Made by a program: the position numbers and the translations under genes. The notes below the pieces were generated by a model. It worked only from the letters and a program-made list of their open reading frames with translations, did not search any database and had not been told where the DNA came from. Positions 51,133-63,479 of a stretch of DNA of 64,000 bases are shown one piece after another. The stretch spans positions 52,576,001-52,640,000 of the forward strand of contig NW_025963890.1 in NCBI RefSeq assembly GCF_023055435.1, written 5' to 3'. This stretch comes from Haliotis rufescens. Its lineage: Eukaryota. The stretch's first letter is position 1. The number at the start of each line of letters is the position of its first letter.

Positions 51133-51430
51133 TTGAACCCGGAAGTGAAATGACCGGGGTGTCGAACCCGGAAGTGAGTTGACCGGGGTGTCGATCCCGG
51201 AAGTGAGGTGAACGGGGTATCGAACCCGGAAGTGAGATGGCTAAGGTGTCGAACCCGAAAGTGAGATGGCTTGGGTGTCGAACACGGAAGTGAGATGTGG
51301 GGGTTGTCGAACCCGGAAGTGAGATGACGGGGTGTCGAACCCGGAAATGAGAAGACCGGGGTGTCGAACCCTTTAAGTATGATGCTCAGTGTGTCGAATC
51401 CGGAAGTGAGATGAAGGGGGTTTCGAATAC
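51133..51430. repeat. 29-bp tandem repeat (~9 copies) containing CCGGAAGTG
   Basis: Unit gtcgaacccggaagtgagatgaccggggt. Confidence 0.85.
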
Positions 51431-51739
51431 CGACGTGAAGCGAATGTCTTGTTGCATATTAATGACCATGACCTGGATATAAACATGTCTCGAGATGTCC
51501 AACAGGAGCGGGTAATAATGTGTGATGAAGGAAACATGTCAGCGCCTGAAACTAAAGCTACAGAAACTATCAACACGCGGCACTAGAACATGCTATAGTC
51601 TCTGTGCTAAGACATTTGCTTGAGACATTTCCCTTAAGTACCAACTTGAAGGTGTAATGATGTACATATTTATTAAAAACATGAACATACTGAATTATAT
51701 TTCGGCATTGTGTGCTGGGCACACCCGTCCCATCCGAGT

Positions 51740-52010
51740 CAGTGAGTTTGAGTTTTAGGTCACTTTGAACAGTATTCCAGTTATATCACGGCGTGTCAGC
51801 ACAGGGGGACTATCGAAAATGATGCAGGTCTTAGACGTTTACCAAGAAATTCATTAAAACTGGTAGGTTGCTGCTAAACCAAGAAATATAATCAAGGCGA
51901 ACCTGGATTCGAACCCATGAATATTGGGTTTCAGGCTCGCCCAAAGGACACAATACTACATAGCGAATTGAGGTGCCTTATACAACTGGACCGACAAGCA
52001 GGCAAGGCTA
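51740..52010 (-). mobile_element. Diverged SINE family C
   Basis: Reverse B box ggattcgaacc at ~51905, gatgcaggtc core, cagtattccagttatatcac tail. Confidence 0.6.
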
Positions 52011-52194
52011 GCTAAATATAATGTTTATTCCTAATACAGGATAATTACCATCCCCAAACAAACTCGCGTGATAACCTCTATGTATCTACATGAAACACTG
52101 CTTAATTCTTGAAAGAATATATTAATTTACGTATATCCTCCTATAACAACGACAGTCACCGTTGTGTCGCTTAGATAATTGTTTGACATTCATC

Positions 52195-53105
52195 ACACCG
52201 ACCTGTAGTCAGCGATATTCAAGCTAAGTCGCACAGACCTGTAGTCAGCAGTATTCCAGTTATATCACTACTATACGACCTGTGGTCAGCAATATTCCAG
52301 CTATATCACACCGACCTGTAGTCAGCAATATTCCAGCCATATCACACCGACCTGTAGTCAGCAATATTCCAGCTATATCACACCGACCTGTAGTCAGCAA
52401 TATTCCAGCTATATCACACCGACCTGTAGTCAGCAATATTCCAGCTATATCACACCGACCTGTAGTCAGCAATATTCCAGCCATATCACACCGACCTGTA
52501 GTCAGCAATATTCCAGCTATATCACACCGACCTGTAGTCAGCAATATTCCAGCTATATCACACCGACCTGTAGTCAGCAATATTCCAGCTATATCACACC
52601 GACCTGTAGACAGCAATATTCCAGCTATATCACACCGACCTGGAGTCAGCAATATTCCAGCTATATCACACCGACCTGGAGTCAGCAATATTCCAGCTAT
52701 ATCACACCGACCTGTAGACAGCAATATTCCAGCTATATCACACCGACCTATAGCCAGCAATATTCCAACTATATCACACCGACCTGTAGTCAGCAATATT
52801 CCAGCTATATCACACCGACCTGTAGACAGCAATATTCCAGCTATATCACACCGACCTGTAGACAGCAATATTCCAGCTATATCACACCGATCTGTGGTCA
52901 GCAATATTCCAGCTATATCACACCGACCTGTAGACAGCAATATTCCAGCTATATCACACCGACCTATAGCCAGCAATATTCCAGCTATATCACACCGACC
53001 TGTAGTCAGCAATATTCCAGCTATATCACACCGATCTGTAGACAGCAATATTCCAGCTATATCACACCGACCTATAGCCAGCAATATTCCAGCTATATCA
53101 CAGGC
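52195..53105. repeat. 36-bp minisatellite (~25 copies) derived from the SINE 3' tail
   Basis: Unit gtcagcaatattccagctatatcacaccgacctgta versus the SINE B reverse tail cagcaatattccagctatatgacggcggtctgta. Confidence 0.92.
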
Positions 53106-53383
53106 GAACCAGTGATCGACAGCAAGAACCTCTCCTGATATATCACGGAGGTCTATCGTCAATGGCAGTCATATGACATAGGCCTGCAGTCAGAGCTCTA
53201 ACTGATAAATCAGGGCGGCTCACAAAGTGTTATCGAGCCTTGGTCTGACAAACCAGCGACTGACGGTAAGGCCACAGAGACCTGCCCCGCACAATGACAC
53301 ATAGCAGGACTCCGACCGGGGGACGTCATAGTTTCCACTGGTAACCGATTCCTACCATATTCAGATGCCTTGTAGTGACCTCG

Positions 53384-53550
53384 AGTGAGTGAGGTAGTAT
53401 GGTTTTACGCCGCTTTTAGCAATATTCCAGCAATATCACGGCGGGGGACACCAGAAATGGGCTTCACACATTGTACCCATGTCGGGAATCGAACCCGGAT
53501 CTTCGGCGTGACGAGCGAACGCTTTAACCACAAGGCTACCCGACTGCCCC
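53384..53550 (-). mobile_element. tRNA-derived SINE family A
   Basis: Full-length reverse copy; gt(g/c)acctcgag flanks. Confidence 0.88.
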
Positions 53551-53889
53551 GTTGTCACCTCGAGGTAGTCGACATGTAGTCACCTCGAGGTAGTCGACAG
53601 TTACATCCAACACTGATTTTTGACCGCGCTTGTTTCAGAGGCCGATCTCCTATCTTGTTCGTTTTCAGAAATTGCTAACAAATATTTACTTATTTTTCCG
53701 AATATGATGAGGAAACTCCAAAGAAGAAATAATGAATTTGCTGCTGCCAAGCTTGTGTTGGTTGCCAATACGTACTTCTTGTGATAGCAATCAGCTAAAC
53801 ATTTTACGTGCGTTTCGTTCACTACTTCCTTCAGTTCGCACGAACGTCAATAATCAACGACTGCAAGTGCGTTCAATGTCGTGGCTGTG

Positions 53890-54131
53890 TTTATTTGTGT
53901 GTTGTTAACGCTGCACTCAGCAATATTCCAGCTATACGGCGGCGGTCTGTAAATAATCGAGTCTGGATCAGACAATCCAGTGATTGACATCGTGCGCATC
54001 GATCCGCGCAATTGGGGTACGATGACATGCATCAATAAAGTCAGCGAGTCTCACCACCCGATCCCGTTAGTCGCCCCTTACTGCAAGTATGGGTTGCTGA
54101 AGACCACTTCTAAGCATGATCTTCACGGGTC
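53890..54131 (-). mobile_element. SINE family B
   Basis: Reverse full-length copy. Confidence 0.82.
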
Positions 54132-54759
54132 TCGGGGCTGTGCTGCCAGACTCACTATCGATATGATCTCTTGGCTTTGTCATAATAGAGGGTTCCACCG
54201 TTGTCGAGTACGTTATATACGTCGTCAGCTGGTATACTGTTGAATGTGACATGGCTGAAAATTCTGTTAAATACGGCTCAAAATGAAATATTGTTCGACA
54301 TACGTAACTCTCTTTAGTATAAATCCTGTATGATGTGTTGTGCACTAATAATTAGTCGACATACCATGTCGAGAAGCTGTTACAAGGTCACTATGACGTA
54401 AACAATGATGCACTGTTATGTCATTACTAATATGACGTCATAACACGAGGAGGTTTGTATGCAGTGGACAGTGGTATTGTATTACGTCGACAATGCAGTA
54501 CAGTATAGAGAGCGTGAAACAATTATTTCAATGCATGAATGTAGTAACACACTTTTATCATCCAAAACTGGCCCCCACAGGATATATCGCTTGGGTGAGA
54601 TCAAGCGATAGCTACATTGTAGATATCGCGGCAATGAAATTGCATCAAAATATTTTGCGAACCATCGTGACGTCATTGTTACCATGACGTCACAATCAAA
54701 TGACATCACCAATGCTTCACTGGAGCTGTCAGCAGTACTTTTTTACAAGACACTGCGTA

Positions 54760-54942
54760 TTACTGTCTACAAACTGAAAAAGTTGGAAGAATGATGTTGG
54801 ATGATAAGTAAAATCTTACCCTCGTGTCTTTTGATATCAAATATATCAACACTCGTTGAAAAAAAGTGGAAAAAAAATTCCACATTTATCAACTCGTGTT
54901 GATATATTTGATATCAAAATGCACTCGAGTGAGATTCTCTAT
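54760..54942. mobile_element. Palindromic MITE-like repeat (same family as 17128-17320)
   Basis: Reverse-complement match to 17128-17320. Confidence 0.6.
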
Positions 54943-55580
54943 ATCAATCATGAAGCACGTTCTTAACCGTTAACACCACCCACCCTTTGCGCATAAAAAC
55001 AAAACAAACAAAAAACTATACATGACAAGTTATTAGATCATTCCTGAGGTAAATGTATTTTCAAAGCGATCATATCACTACCACTGAGGCGATGTTTTCC
55101 TCGTTTTAAACCTACGTCACAATGCATGTAAATAAAAACAAAGTGGCGAGAGTTACTGTTCCTGACTCAGGTTATTTCCGGCTACAGGTGCGCGCTGAAA
55201 AAACAACAGCGTCTTGCACGGTGTTGACAGGTGATCGTAGCCACACATCAGAGGAAGTTGAATGTAAGTTTGTATATGTTTGTATCACAAGTAAGATAAG
55301 CGCAATATGTGGGCAGCACTTGTAGCGACCTCTGACTGAGAATGATGTATCCAGACACTAAGGTGGTGTGTTTTGGCGAACAAATACGGGTGGATTGTTT
55401 CCGTTAAGAGTCGGTGTTTTAGCGGGCAGACATTACAATTTGCAACCATCACTATACATCGTACATACTGTCACATTGATTGATGTCTTTATTGGTGATT
55501 ATAAACCTTATAAAACCCTTTATAATATTTAAATATTTTTTATTCTATTTCTGTATGTGCAAAACATATATAGCCGTAGC

Positions 55581-55817
55581 TTTGTTTGTTTCTTGTTTAA
55601 CGCCGCACTCAGCAATATTCCAACTAGCCTATATGACGGTGGTCTGTAAATAATCAAGTTTGGACCAGACAAACCTGTGATTGACATCATGATATTGGGA
55701 TACGATGACATGCATCAACCAAGTCAGCGAACCTGACCACCCAACCCTGTTAGTCGCCTCTTAGATAAGCATAGTTGGGTTGCTGAAGACCTATTCTACC
55801 CCGGATCTTCACGGGTC
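55581..55817 (-). mobile_element. SINE family B
   Basis: Reverse copy with a small internal deletion. Confidence 0.82.
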
Positions 55818-56705
55818 CGCTGTGACCTGTACTCACATTTATTATAACTATTATTATCAAGACTACTTCACAGCTGGCAAGTCCAAATTTAGAGATACAT
55901 TCTCACTTTCTATTTTCCTAACAATGCATATTTTAATTGTATGCTGACCAGTTAATGCTTTTTTATTTGTGTTTTTCTCTTTGAAATTCCCTGTATACAA
56001 CTGACTGTTTTTTGTGAAACTATGAGCAAATACACTGATTTCTGTTTGTTGAAAATAGTTTGAGCAGATGCCTGTTATAACACGACGAGAGGGAATCAAA
56101 TGCTAAACAGTGGAAATAGAGCTTTTCCATTGACTATCTGTACCAGTTACTGCCAGTGTTTAACATAGCATGTGCCATGTGATCACGCTTCAGGTATACA
56201 AATTACATTTTTTGTTATCTCTGATATTGTACTCAATTATTTTATTCATTATACTTAATATGGAATGTTTTTTATCAATTTGTCGTCTGCCAACTGACAT
56301 AAACCATCATCCCCAAAATTCAATCTACATATGCTTACCCAAAACACTGATTACTATGGATTTCATGATATATACAGTTTTGGAAAAATAGCTAAATTAG
56401 ATTTCACTCACTCACTCACTCACTCACTCTTTCACTCACTCACTCACTCACTCAACTTCTTTATTCTTTCAATGCGATATTTCGAAACAGGTGCAAGAAT
56501 CTTTATCGAGTAAGTGCTTCAAAGTTATTATGATAAATTGTCTAGGTGTTATCATGGTAATGCAAGTCAGACATTTCTATGAATATGATTCTGAAGAATG
56601 TTCTCTTGTTTGAACATATTTATTCCATGAGAACATACATGGCCGGATCGGCAAATAAACTTAGTGAGCTTATTTGAATGCCTCTCTGGATAACATGATT
56701 AGCTT

Positions 56706-57023
56706 GATCCAGGTTAGAATAGGTCTTCGACAACCCATGCTTGCCGTAAAAGGTGACTATGCTTGTTGTAAGAGGCGACTAGTGGGATCGGGTGGTCAGG
56801 CTCGCTGACTTGGTTGATGCTTGTCATCGTATCCTAGTTGCCTGTGAAAAAATGCTGATGCAACATTGAAATTTGATTCACTCACCTAATTGCATGGATC
56901 GGTGCTCATGTTATCAATCACTGGATTGTCTGGTCCAAACTTGATTATTTACAGACTGCCGTCCCATAGCTGAATAATTGATGAGTGCGGTGTTAAACAA
57001 CGGCTGAATGAACGAACAAACGA
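56706..57023 (+). mobile_element. SINE family B with a small internal insertion
   Basis: Colinear with other B copies except ~56842-56886. Confidence 0.78.
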
Positions 57024-57284
57024 ACATCCATAGAGTCAAGGAATACAATGATATGGTCTGGAAAGAAATAGTGACAAATCAAGTTATGGCTGTTTAAGTC
57101 TGTCTGAAAACAAGATAAATCATGCACAGATTGAAGCATTTTTGTGTTAGTTTCTTTAGATTTATGCGGGTTGCCGTACAAAACCGAGTTAAGATCATAT
57201 CCATTCAGATAATAACACATGTTCTGTCTCATATCATCATATGAAGGGCAAACAAAAAAGTAGTGGACAGAATATTCACACTGT

Positions 57285-58160
57285 AACCACAGAGAGAGTT
57301 AGAGTGAGGCTCTAGATGTCGAGTAAACATGTTCCTATCTAAATCACTACACCATCTAAGACCTGCATCACTTGGGGCTTTCCTCCCATATGACACTGAT
57401 GACCACAGAGACAGTTAGAGTGAGGCAATAGATGTCGAGTAAACATGTTCCTATCTAAATCACTACACCATCTAAGACCTGCATCACATGGGGCTTTCCT
57501 CCCATATGACACTGATGACCACAGAGACAGTTAGAGTGAGGCTATAGATGTCGAGTAAACATGTTCCTATCTAAATCACTACACCATCTAAGACCTGCAT
57601 CACTTGCGGCTTTCCTCCCATATGACACTGATGACCACAGAGACAGAGTGAGGCAATAGATGTTGAGTAAACATGTTCCTATCTAAATCACTACACCATC
57701 TAAGACCTGCATCACTTGGGGCTTTCCTCCCATATGACACTGATGACCACAGAGACAGTTAGAGTGAGGCTATAGATGTCGAGTAAACATGTTCCTATCT
57801 AAATCACTACACCATCTAAGACCTGCATCACTTGGGGCTTTCCTCCCATATGACACTGATGACCACAGAGACAGTTATAGTGAGGCTATAGATGTCGAGT
57901 AAACATGTTCCAATCTATATTGCTACACCATCTAAGACCTGCATCACTTGGGGCTTTCCTCCCATATGACACTGATGACCACAGAGACAGTTATAGTGAG
58001 GCTATAGATGTCGAGTAAACATGTTCCAATCTATATCGCTACACCATCTAAGACCTGCATCACTTGGGGCTTTCCTCCCATATGACACTGATGACCACAG
58101 AGACAGTTAGAGTGAGGCAATAGATGTTGAGTAAACATGTTCAATTTAACTCGCTACACC
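57285..58160. repeat. 116-bp tandem repeat (~7.5 copies) containing a SINE C core fragment
   Basis: The unit contains gacctgcatcacttggggctttcctccca, shared with SINE C (16981-17008). Confidence 0.92.
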
Positions 58161-58189
58161 GGAGTCTGAGACGACCATGTATCGTTTGA

Positions 58190-59710
58190 CAAAACTGTGT
58201 TCCATAATTAACATCACAGTAAAAGCTTTGTTCAAACTTTTAAATTGGAAGGTTCTTTAAGCCTGAAAGCATTGAGCAATTTCTAGTTTCATTCAGCAGT
58301 AACTTCCATAGTCTAAGAGTACCAGGAAGTAAGGTCTTAGCAAAAAACGTTGTCTTGCAGTGGATAAGTTGCAAGCTACCTTGATTTCTTAGATGATAAA
58401 GAAGATGATTCTGAAACGGTTTCAGGAATAAGTTGTCATAAGTAATTTGGTGTCAAGTTATGCATAATTTTATTAAACATTGTTAATTTAAAAATATTTC
58501 TTCTCACGGTTATTTAAATTTGGTTTCAATGTATAACTTATGATTTGTACTCTGGACAGCTCCAAAGATGGTCCTTAATGCATCCAGGTGCACTTTCTCA
58601 AACTTATTACGTTGCTCAACAGTGCAATTATCCCAACTGTTGAGGCAGTCTGTGGCTTCTTTTGGATTATTATTATGAAATAAAGTGAATTATTGTCTGC
58701 AAAAAAGCAGATTTTACTTTTGGTGCCTTCAACAATGTCATTGACATATACAGTGAACAGTCCCAGGCCCAAGACACATCCCGGGGGCACACCGGCTTTA
58801 ACTGTTTTAGTATCAGATTAGGAACCCTGTACAACAGTATGTTGTATTCAATTTAAAGAAATGAGTGTAAGCTTTTGAGAAGTTACCAGTAATTCCATAT
58901 TTTTATAGTTTAAATAACAGACCCTTATGCCAAACTTTATTGAAAGTTTTATTAATGTCAATGAATACGTCCCTGAGCTCCTTTCCAATATCTAAAGCAT
59001 TAGCGATAGTATTATATAAATAAGTTAACTGGTTTGCTGTAGAGTCACCAGGCATAAATCCCGACTATACATTAGTTAGAACACCATTATCTCTGAGGTA
59101 ATTAGAAATATATTTCAATACACATTTATTGAGACCTTGGACAAGCAGCTTGTAGGAGCTAGCGGCCTAGAACTGCTACATTTTTATTTCCTGTCTTGTG
59201 ATAAGAATTACTGAGGCTTCTTTCCATATGGAGGGAAATATGGATTGTTTACGAGATTCATTGAACAGGCAAGGGAGGGGATTAGCAATATCCATCGCTA
59301 TCAATTTCAAGATTTTATTACTTATGCCATCCGGAAATTGTAATGGATTTGCCCGTGTCAACAGAAAGCAGAATGTCGCATTCTTCTTCTGTGGAAAAGT
59401 TGATGTGACCTAACGGGTCATATGGTAATGTGTCAATACTATCAGTAATAATTTTATCAGGAAATTTCAAGGTTGACTTTTCAGTGAAATAATTATTAAG
59501 AGCTTCAGAAATTGATTGGGGGTCGTCGTACAAGATGTCATTGTAATTAATTGGTGGAAAATAACCATCGTTATTATATGGGGTGCTCTCTGATTCTTAC
59601 GTTGCAATGCTCTTCTCCAAACTTGTTCAGGAGACACGAGAGGAAGTTTGCTCAAAGAAATAATCACATTACCCAGGTTTACATCCAATACTTTTAATTT
59701 CGCTAAATGA
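58190..59710 (-). mobile_element. Decayed LINE (CR1/L2-like) reverse transcriptase fragment
   Basis: Broken-frame motifs PDGISNKILK, FPSIWKEASV, PPGCVLGLGLFTVYVND (cf. PQGSVLGPLLF.IYIND) and FFADNN (cf. FADD). Confidence 0.85.
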
Positions 59711-59719
59711 CACTAAAGC

Positions 59720-59930
59720 AGCCCATGCTTGCCATAAGAGGCGACTAATAGGATCAGGTGGCCAGGCTTGCTGACTTGGTTGATGCATGTCATCGTATCC
59801 CAGTTGTGTGGATCGATGTTAATAATGTCAAGCACTGGATTGTCCAGTCCAGACCCGAATGTTTACAGACTGCCATCATATAGCTGGAATATTGTTGAGT
59901 ATGGTGTTAAACAACAAACAAACAAACAAA
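59720..59930 (+). mobile_element. SINE family B
   Basis: cccatgcttgccataagaggcgactaa...gttaaacaacaaac. Confidence 0.82.
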
Positions 59931-60221
59931 GATATAGTCGAAGTGATTGTCATCCTTTTTGGTGTTTTTTCTTCGCTGATCAAGGGAAATAACTGTGAAC
60001 CCCCTATCTTAGTCATGTCACCAGGATCTCAATTTGTTGACCTGGTTTAAAGTCATATCAGCCTTTCTATGATTGTGGTTGTTTTTGTTAATGGGATGTA
60101 ATATGATCAAGATATCCTTGTACAGGATCACACAAGGAAATCTGATCATTGAGCATGTTGGTTATCTGTCAGACCAGGAACTATTCTCATGACGACACAT
60201 ATGATCAGTTCCCAGTGGACG

Positions 60222-61975
60222 TAGGGAATATTCAGTGTGATGTCTGTAATTGTGGGTCTCCCAGGCATGGAATAATCAGCGTGATGTCTGTAATTGTGGG
60301 TCTCCCAGGCAGGGAATATTCAGTGTGATGTCTGTAATTGTGGGTCTCCCAGGCAGGGAATATTCAGTGTGATGTCTGTAATTGTGAGTCTCCCAGGCAG
60401 GGAATATTCAGTGTGATGTCTGTAATTGTGGGTCTCCCAGGCAGGGAATATTCAGTGTGATGTCTGTAATTGTGGGTCTCCCAGGTAGGGAATATTCAGT
60501 GTGATGTCTGTAATTGTGGGTCTCCCAGGCAGGGAATATTCAGCGTGATGTCTGTAATTGTGGGTCTCCCAGGCAGGGAATATTCAGTGTGATGTCTGTA
60601 ATTGTGGGTCTCCCAGGCAGGGAATATTCAGTGTGATGTCTGTAATTGTGAGTCTCCCAGGCAGGGAATATTCAGTGTGATGTCTGTAATTGTGGGTCTC
60701 CCAGGCAGGGAATATTCAGTGTGATGTCTGTAATTGTGGGTCTCTCAGGCAGGGAATATTCAGTGTGATGTCTGTAATTGTGGGTCTCCCAGGCAGGGAA
60801 TATTCAGTGTGATGTCTGTAATTGTGGGTCTCCCAGGCAGGGAATATTCAGTGTGATGTCTGTAATTGTGGGTCTCCCAGGCAGGGAATATTCAGTGTGA
60901 TGTCTGTAATTGTGGGTCTCCCAGGCAGAGAATATTCAGTGTGATGTCTGTAATTGTGGGTCTCCCAGGCAGGGAATATTCAGTGTGATGTCTGTAATTG
61001 TGGGTCTCCCAGGCAGGGAATATTCAGTGTGATGTCTGTAATTGTGGGTCTCCCAGGCAGGGAATATTCAGTGTGATGTCTGTAATTGTGGGTCTCCCAG
61101 GCAGGGAATATTTAGTGTGATGTCTGTAATTGTGAGTCTCCCAGGCAGGGAATATTCAGTGTGATGTCTGTAATTGTGGGTCTCCCAGGCAGGGAATATT
61201 CAGTGTGATGTCTGTAATTGTGGGTCTCCCAGGCAGGGAATATTCAGTGTGATGTCTGTAATTGTGGGTCTCCCAGGCAGGGAATATTTAGTGTGGTGTC
61301 TGTAATTGTGAGTCTCCCAGGCAGGGAATATTCAGTGTGATGTCTGTAATTGTGGGTCTCCCAGGCAGGGAATATTCAGTGTGATGTCTGTAATTGTGGG
61401 TCTCCCAGGCAGGGAATATTCAGTGTGATGTCTGTAATTGTGGGTCTCCCAAGCAGGGAATATTCAGTGTGATGTCTGTAATTGTGGGTCTCCCAGGTAG
61501 GGAATATTCAGTGTGATGTCTGTAATTGTGAGTCTCCCAGGCAGGGAATATTTAGTGTGATGTCTGTAATTGTGGGTCTCCCAGGCAGGGAATATTCAGT
61601 GTGATGTCTGTAATTGTGGGTCTCCCAGGCAGGGAATATTCAGTGTGATGTCTGTAATTGTGGGTCTCCCAGGCAGGGAATATTTAGTGTGGTGTCTGTA
61701 ATTGTGAGTCTCCCAGGCAGGGAATATTCAGTGTGATGTCTGTAATTGTTGGTCTCCCAGGCAGGGAATATTCAGTGTGATGTCTGTAATTGTGGGTCTC
61801 CCAGGCAGGGAATATTCAGTGTGATGTCTGTAATTGTGGGTCTCCCAGGCAGGGAATATTCAGTGTGATGTCTGTAATTGTGGGTCTCCCAGGTAGGGAA
61901 TATTCAGTGTGATGTCTGTAATTGTGAGTCTCCCAGGCAGGGAATATTTAGTGTGGTGTCTGTATTTGTGGGTCA
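60222..61975. repeat. 44-bp minisatellite (~40 copies)
   Basis: Unit ggaatattcagtgtgatgtctgtaattgtgggtctcccaggcag. Confidence 0.95.
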
Positions 61976-62332
61976 GGTGGGTACTTAGTAGGACCTGGGT
62001 ACCCACAGGTCATGTGATATGTTATTTAATGATAATGACAATAAAACTCCATGGTTACACTGAAAGTCACTAATATTTGCATTTCTTTCTGACTATGCAT
62101 GCATCCGTTCTGACTTTTATATGTTTGAAATATGATAGAGCTTCAGTCAACTTCAGTGCATACGTGATCAGCATGTTTCACACGTGTATCTAAATAGTTT
62201 TCTCCATGGCTTCAGTAAAACAGTTCCCAACTAAATATTTTGTACCAACTCTTGAGACCTACAGTGGCAACCGGGTAGGTTCGAGTAATAGTGGGTCGGG
62301 TACACAGTAAATTTGGACTCATCCCAGCCCTA
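61970..62332. mobile_element. hAT-type MITE, left end missing
   Basis: Colinear with 12050-12430, ending aaatttggactcatcccagcccta. Confidence 0.75.
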
Positions 62333-62344
62333 GTTGGAGCATCT

Positions 62345-62975
62345 GTGTATCCATGTGTCGGCGGGTTCTTCATTTTAGAGGGTCCTTTTGTTGGAGGGTT
62401 CTTTATTTTGGAGGGTCCATGTGTCGGAGGGTTCTTTATTTTGGAGGGTCAATGTGTCGGAGGGTTCTATATTTTGGAAGGTCCATGTGTCAAAGGATCC
62501 ATGTGTTGGAGGGTCAGTGTGTCGGAGGGTTCTTTATTTTGGAGGGTCAATGTGTCGGAGGGTTCTATATTTTGGAAGGTCCATGTGTCAAAGGATCCAT
62601 GTGTTGGAGGGTCAGTGTGTCGGAGGGTTCTATATTTTGGAGGGTCTATGTGTCAAAGGGTCAGTGTGTCGGAGGGTTCTATATTTTTTAGGGTCCTTGT
62701 GTTGGCGGGTCCATGTGTCGGAGGGTTCTATATTTTGGAGGGTTCATGTGTCGGAGGGTCCATGTGTCGGAGGGTTCTATATTTTTTAGGGTCCATGTGT
62801 CGGAGGGTCCATGTGTCGAAGTATCAATGTGTCAGAGGGTTCTATATTTTGGAGGGTCAATGTGTCGGATGGTCCATGTGTTAGAGGGTTCTATATTTTG
62901 GAGGGTCCATGTGTCGGAGGGTCAGTGTATCAGAGGGTTCTACATATTGGAGGGTCCATGTGTCGGAGGGTCCCA
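62345..62975. repeat. Composite tandem repeat (ggagggtccatgtgtc / ggagggttctatatttt subunits)
   Basis: Alternating ~16-17-bp subunits. Confidence 0.88.
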
Positions 62976-62991
62976 GGTAAGCAGCTATATC

Positions 62992-63371
62992 AGCCACAGG
63001 ATTCATATGTAGGGCATGTAATGTTGCCATCTGAGCAGTAGCATAATGGTGATTTATTCACTGAAAAAGTGTTCATAATGATGTCTATGGTTTGACAAAG
63101 TCTATTATCTGCAGATATTTACACTGGAAGTTTATTTCTCAGAAATGTTCAGTCTGATAGTTGCTGACCATTGTGTAACATGGTTATTCCTGCAGCTCCC
63201 TGGCAGCTGTATCCAGTTTGGCTGCAAGAACGTGTTTGATAGGCATCATATGTTTCTGGAATTAAAGGCCTCTGACACTGCGTCACCCTACAAACATCCC
63301 TGAACATTTTTTTTACCTTGTAAAACATAGCATTTCCTTCTATAAATGTCAGACAGTGTGGGTGAAGCCAG
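62992..63371 (-). CDS. Candidate 3' exons of an unidentified gene entering from the right edge
   Basis: Exon 63317-63371 (cag acceptor, AAG|gtaaaa donor) and an acceptor ttccag at 63256. One reading is WLHPHCLTFIEGNAMFYK-KHMMPIKHVLAAKLDTAARELQE* (stop 63184, AATAAA nearby). The other is a phase-1 Cys-rich reading that continues through an acceptor at 63061 to ...CYCSDGNITCPTYESCG*. Confidence 0.33.
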
Positions 63372-63479
63372 CTGCCGGTACATGTCAAGACATCAGCAGG
63401 GGCTGGGAGCACTCGCTCTACTCCACCCCTCCCTAACCCACCCCAAGCCCATCCCAAGCCAACCCCACCCCACCCTCCC

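Noticed and set aside
48337-53162. Repetitive ORFs (RQPTRNMKQPP..., CDIAGILLTTGR...)
   Set aside because: Unit lengths divisible by three keep the frames open; the second array derives from a SINE tail.
23715-61975. CRISPR-like regular repeats
   Set aside because: Head-to-tail units with no unique spacers, no cas genes and a eukaryotic context.
62940-62982. Plus-strand exon ending at CCCAG|GTAAGC after the composite repeat
   Set aside because: A good donor motif, but no identifiable exon or partner; left out of the junction-repeat count.
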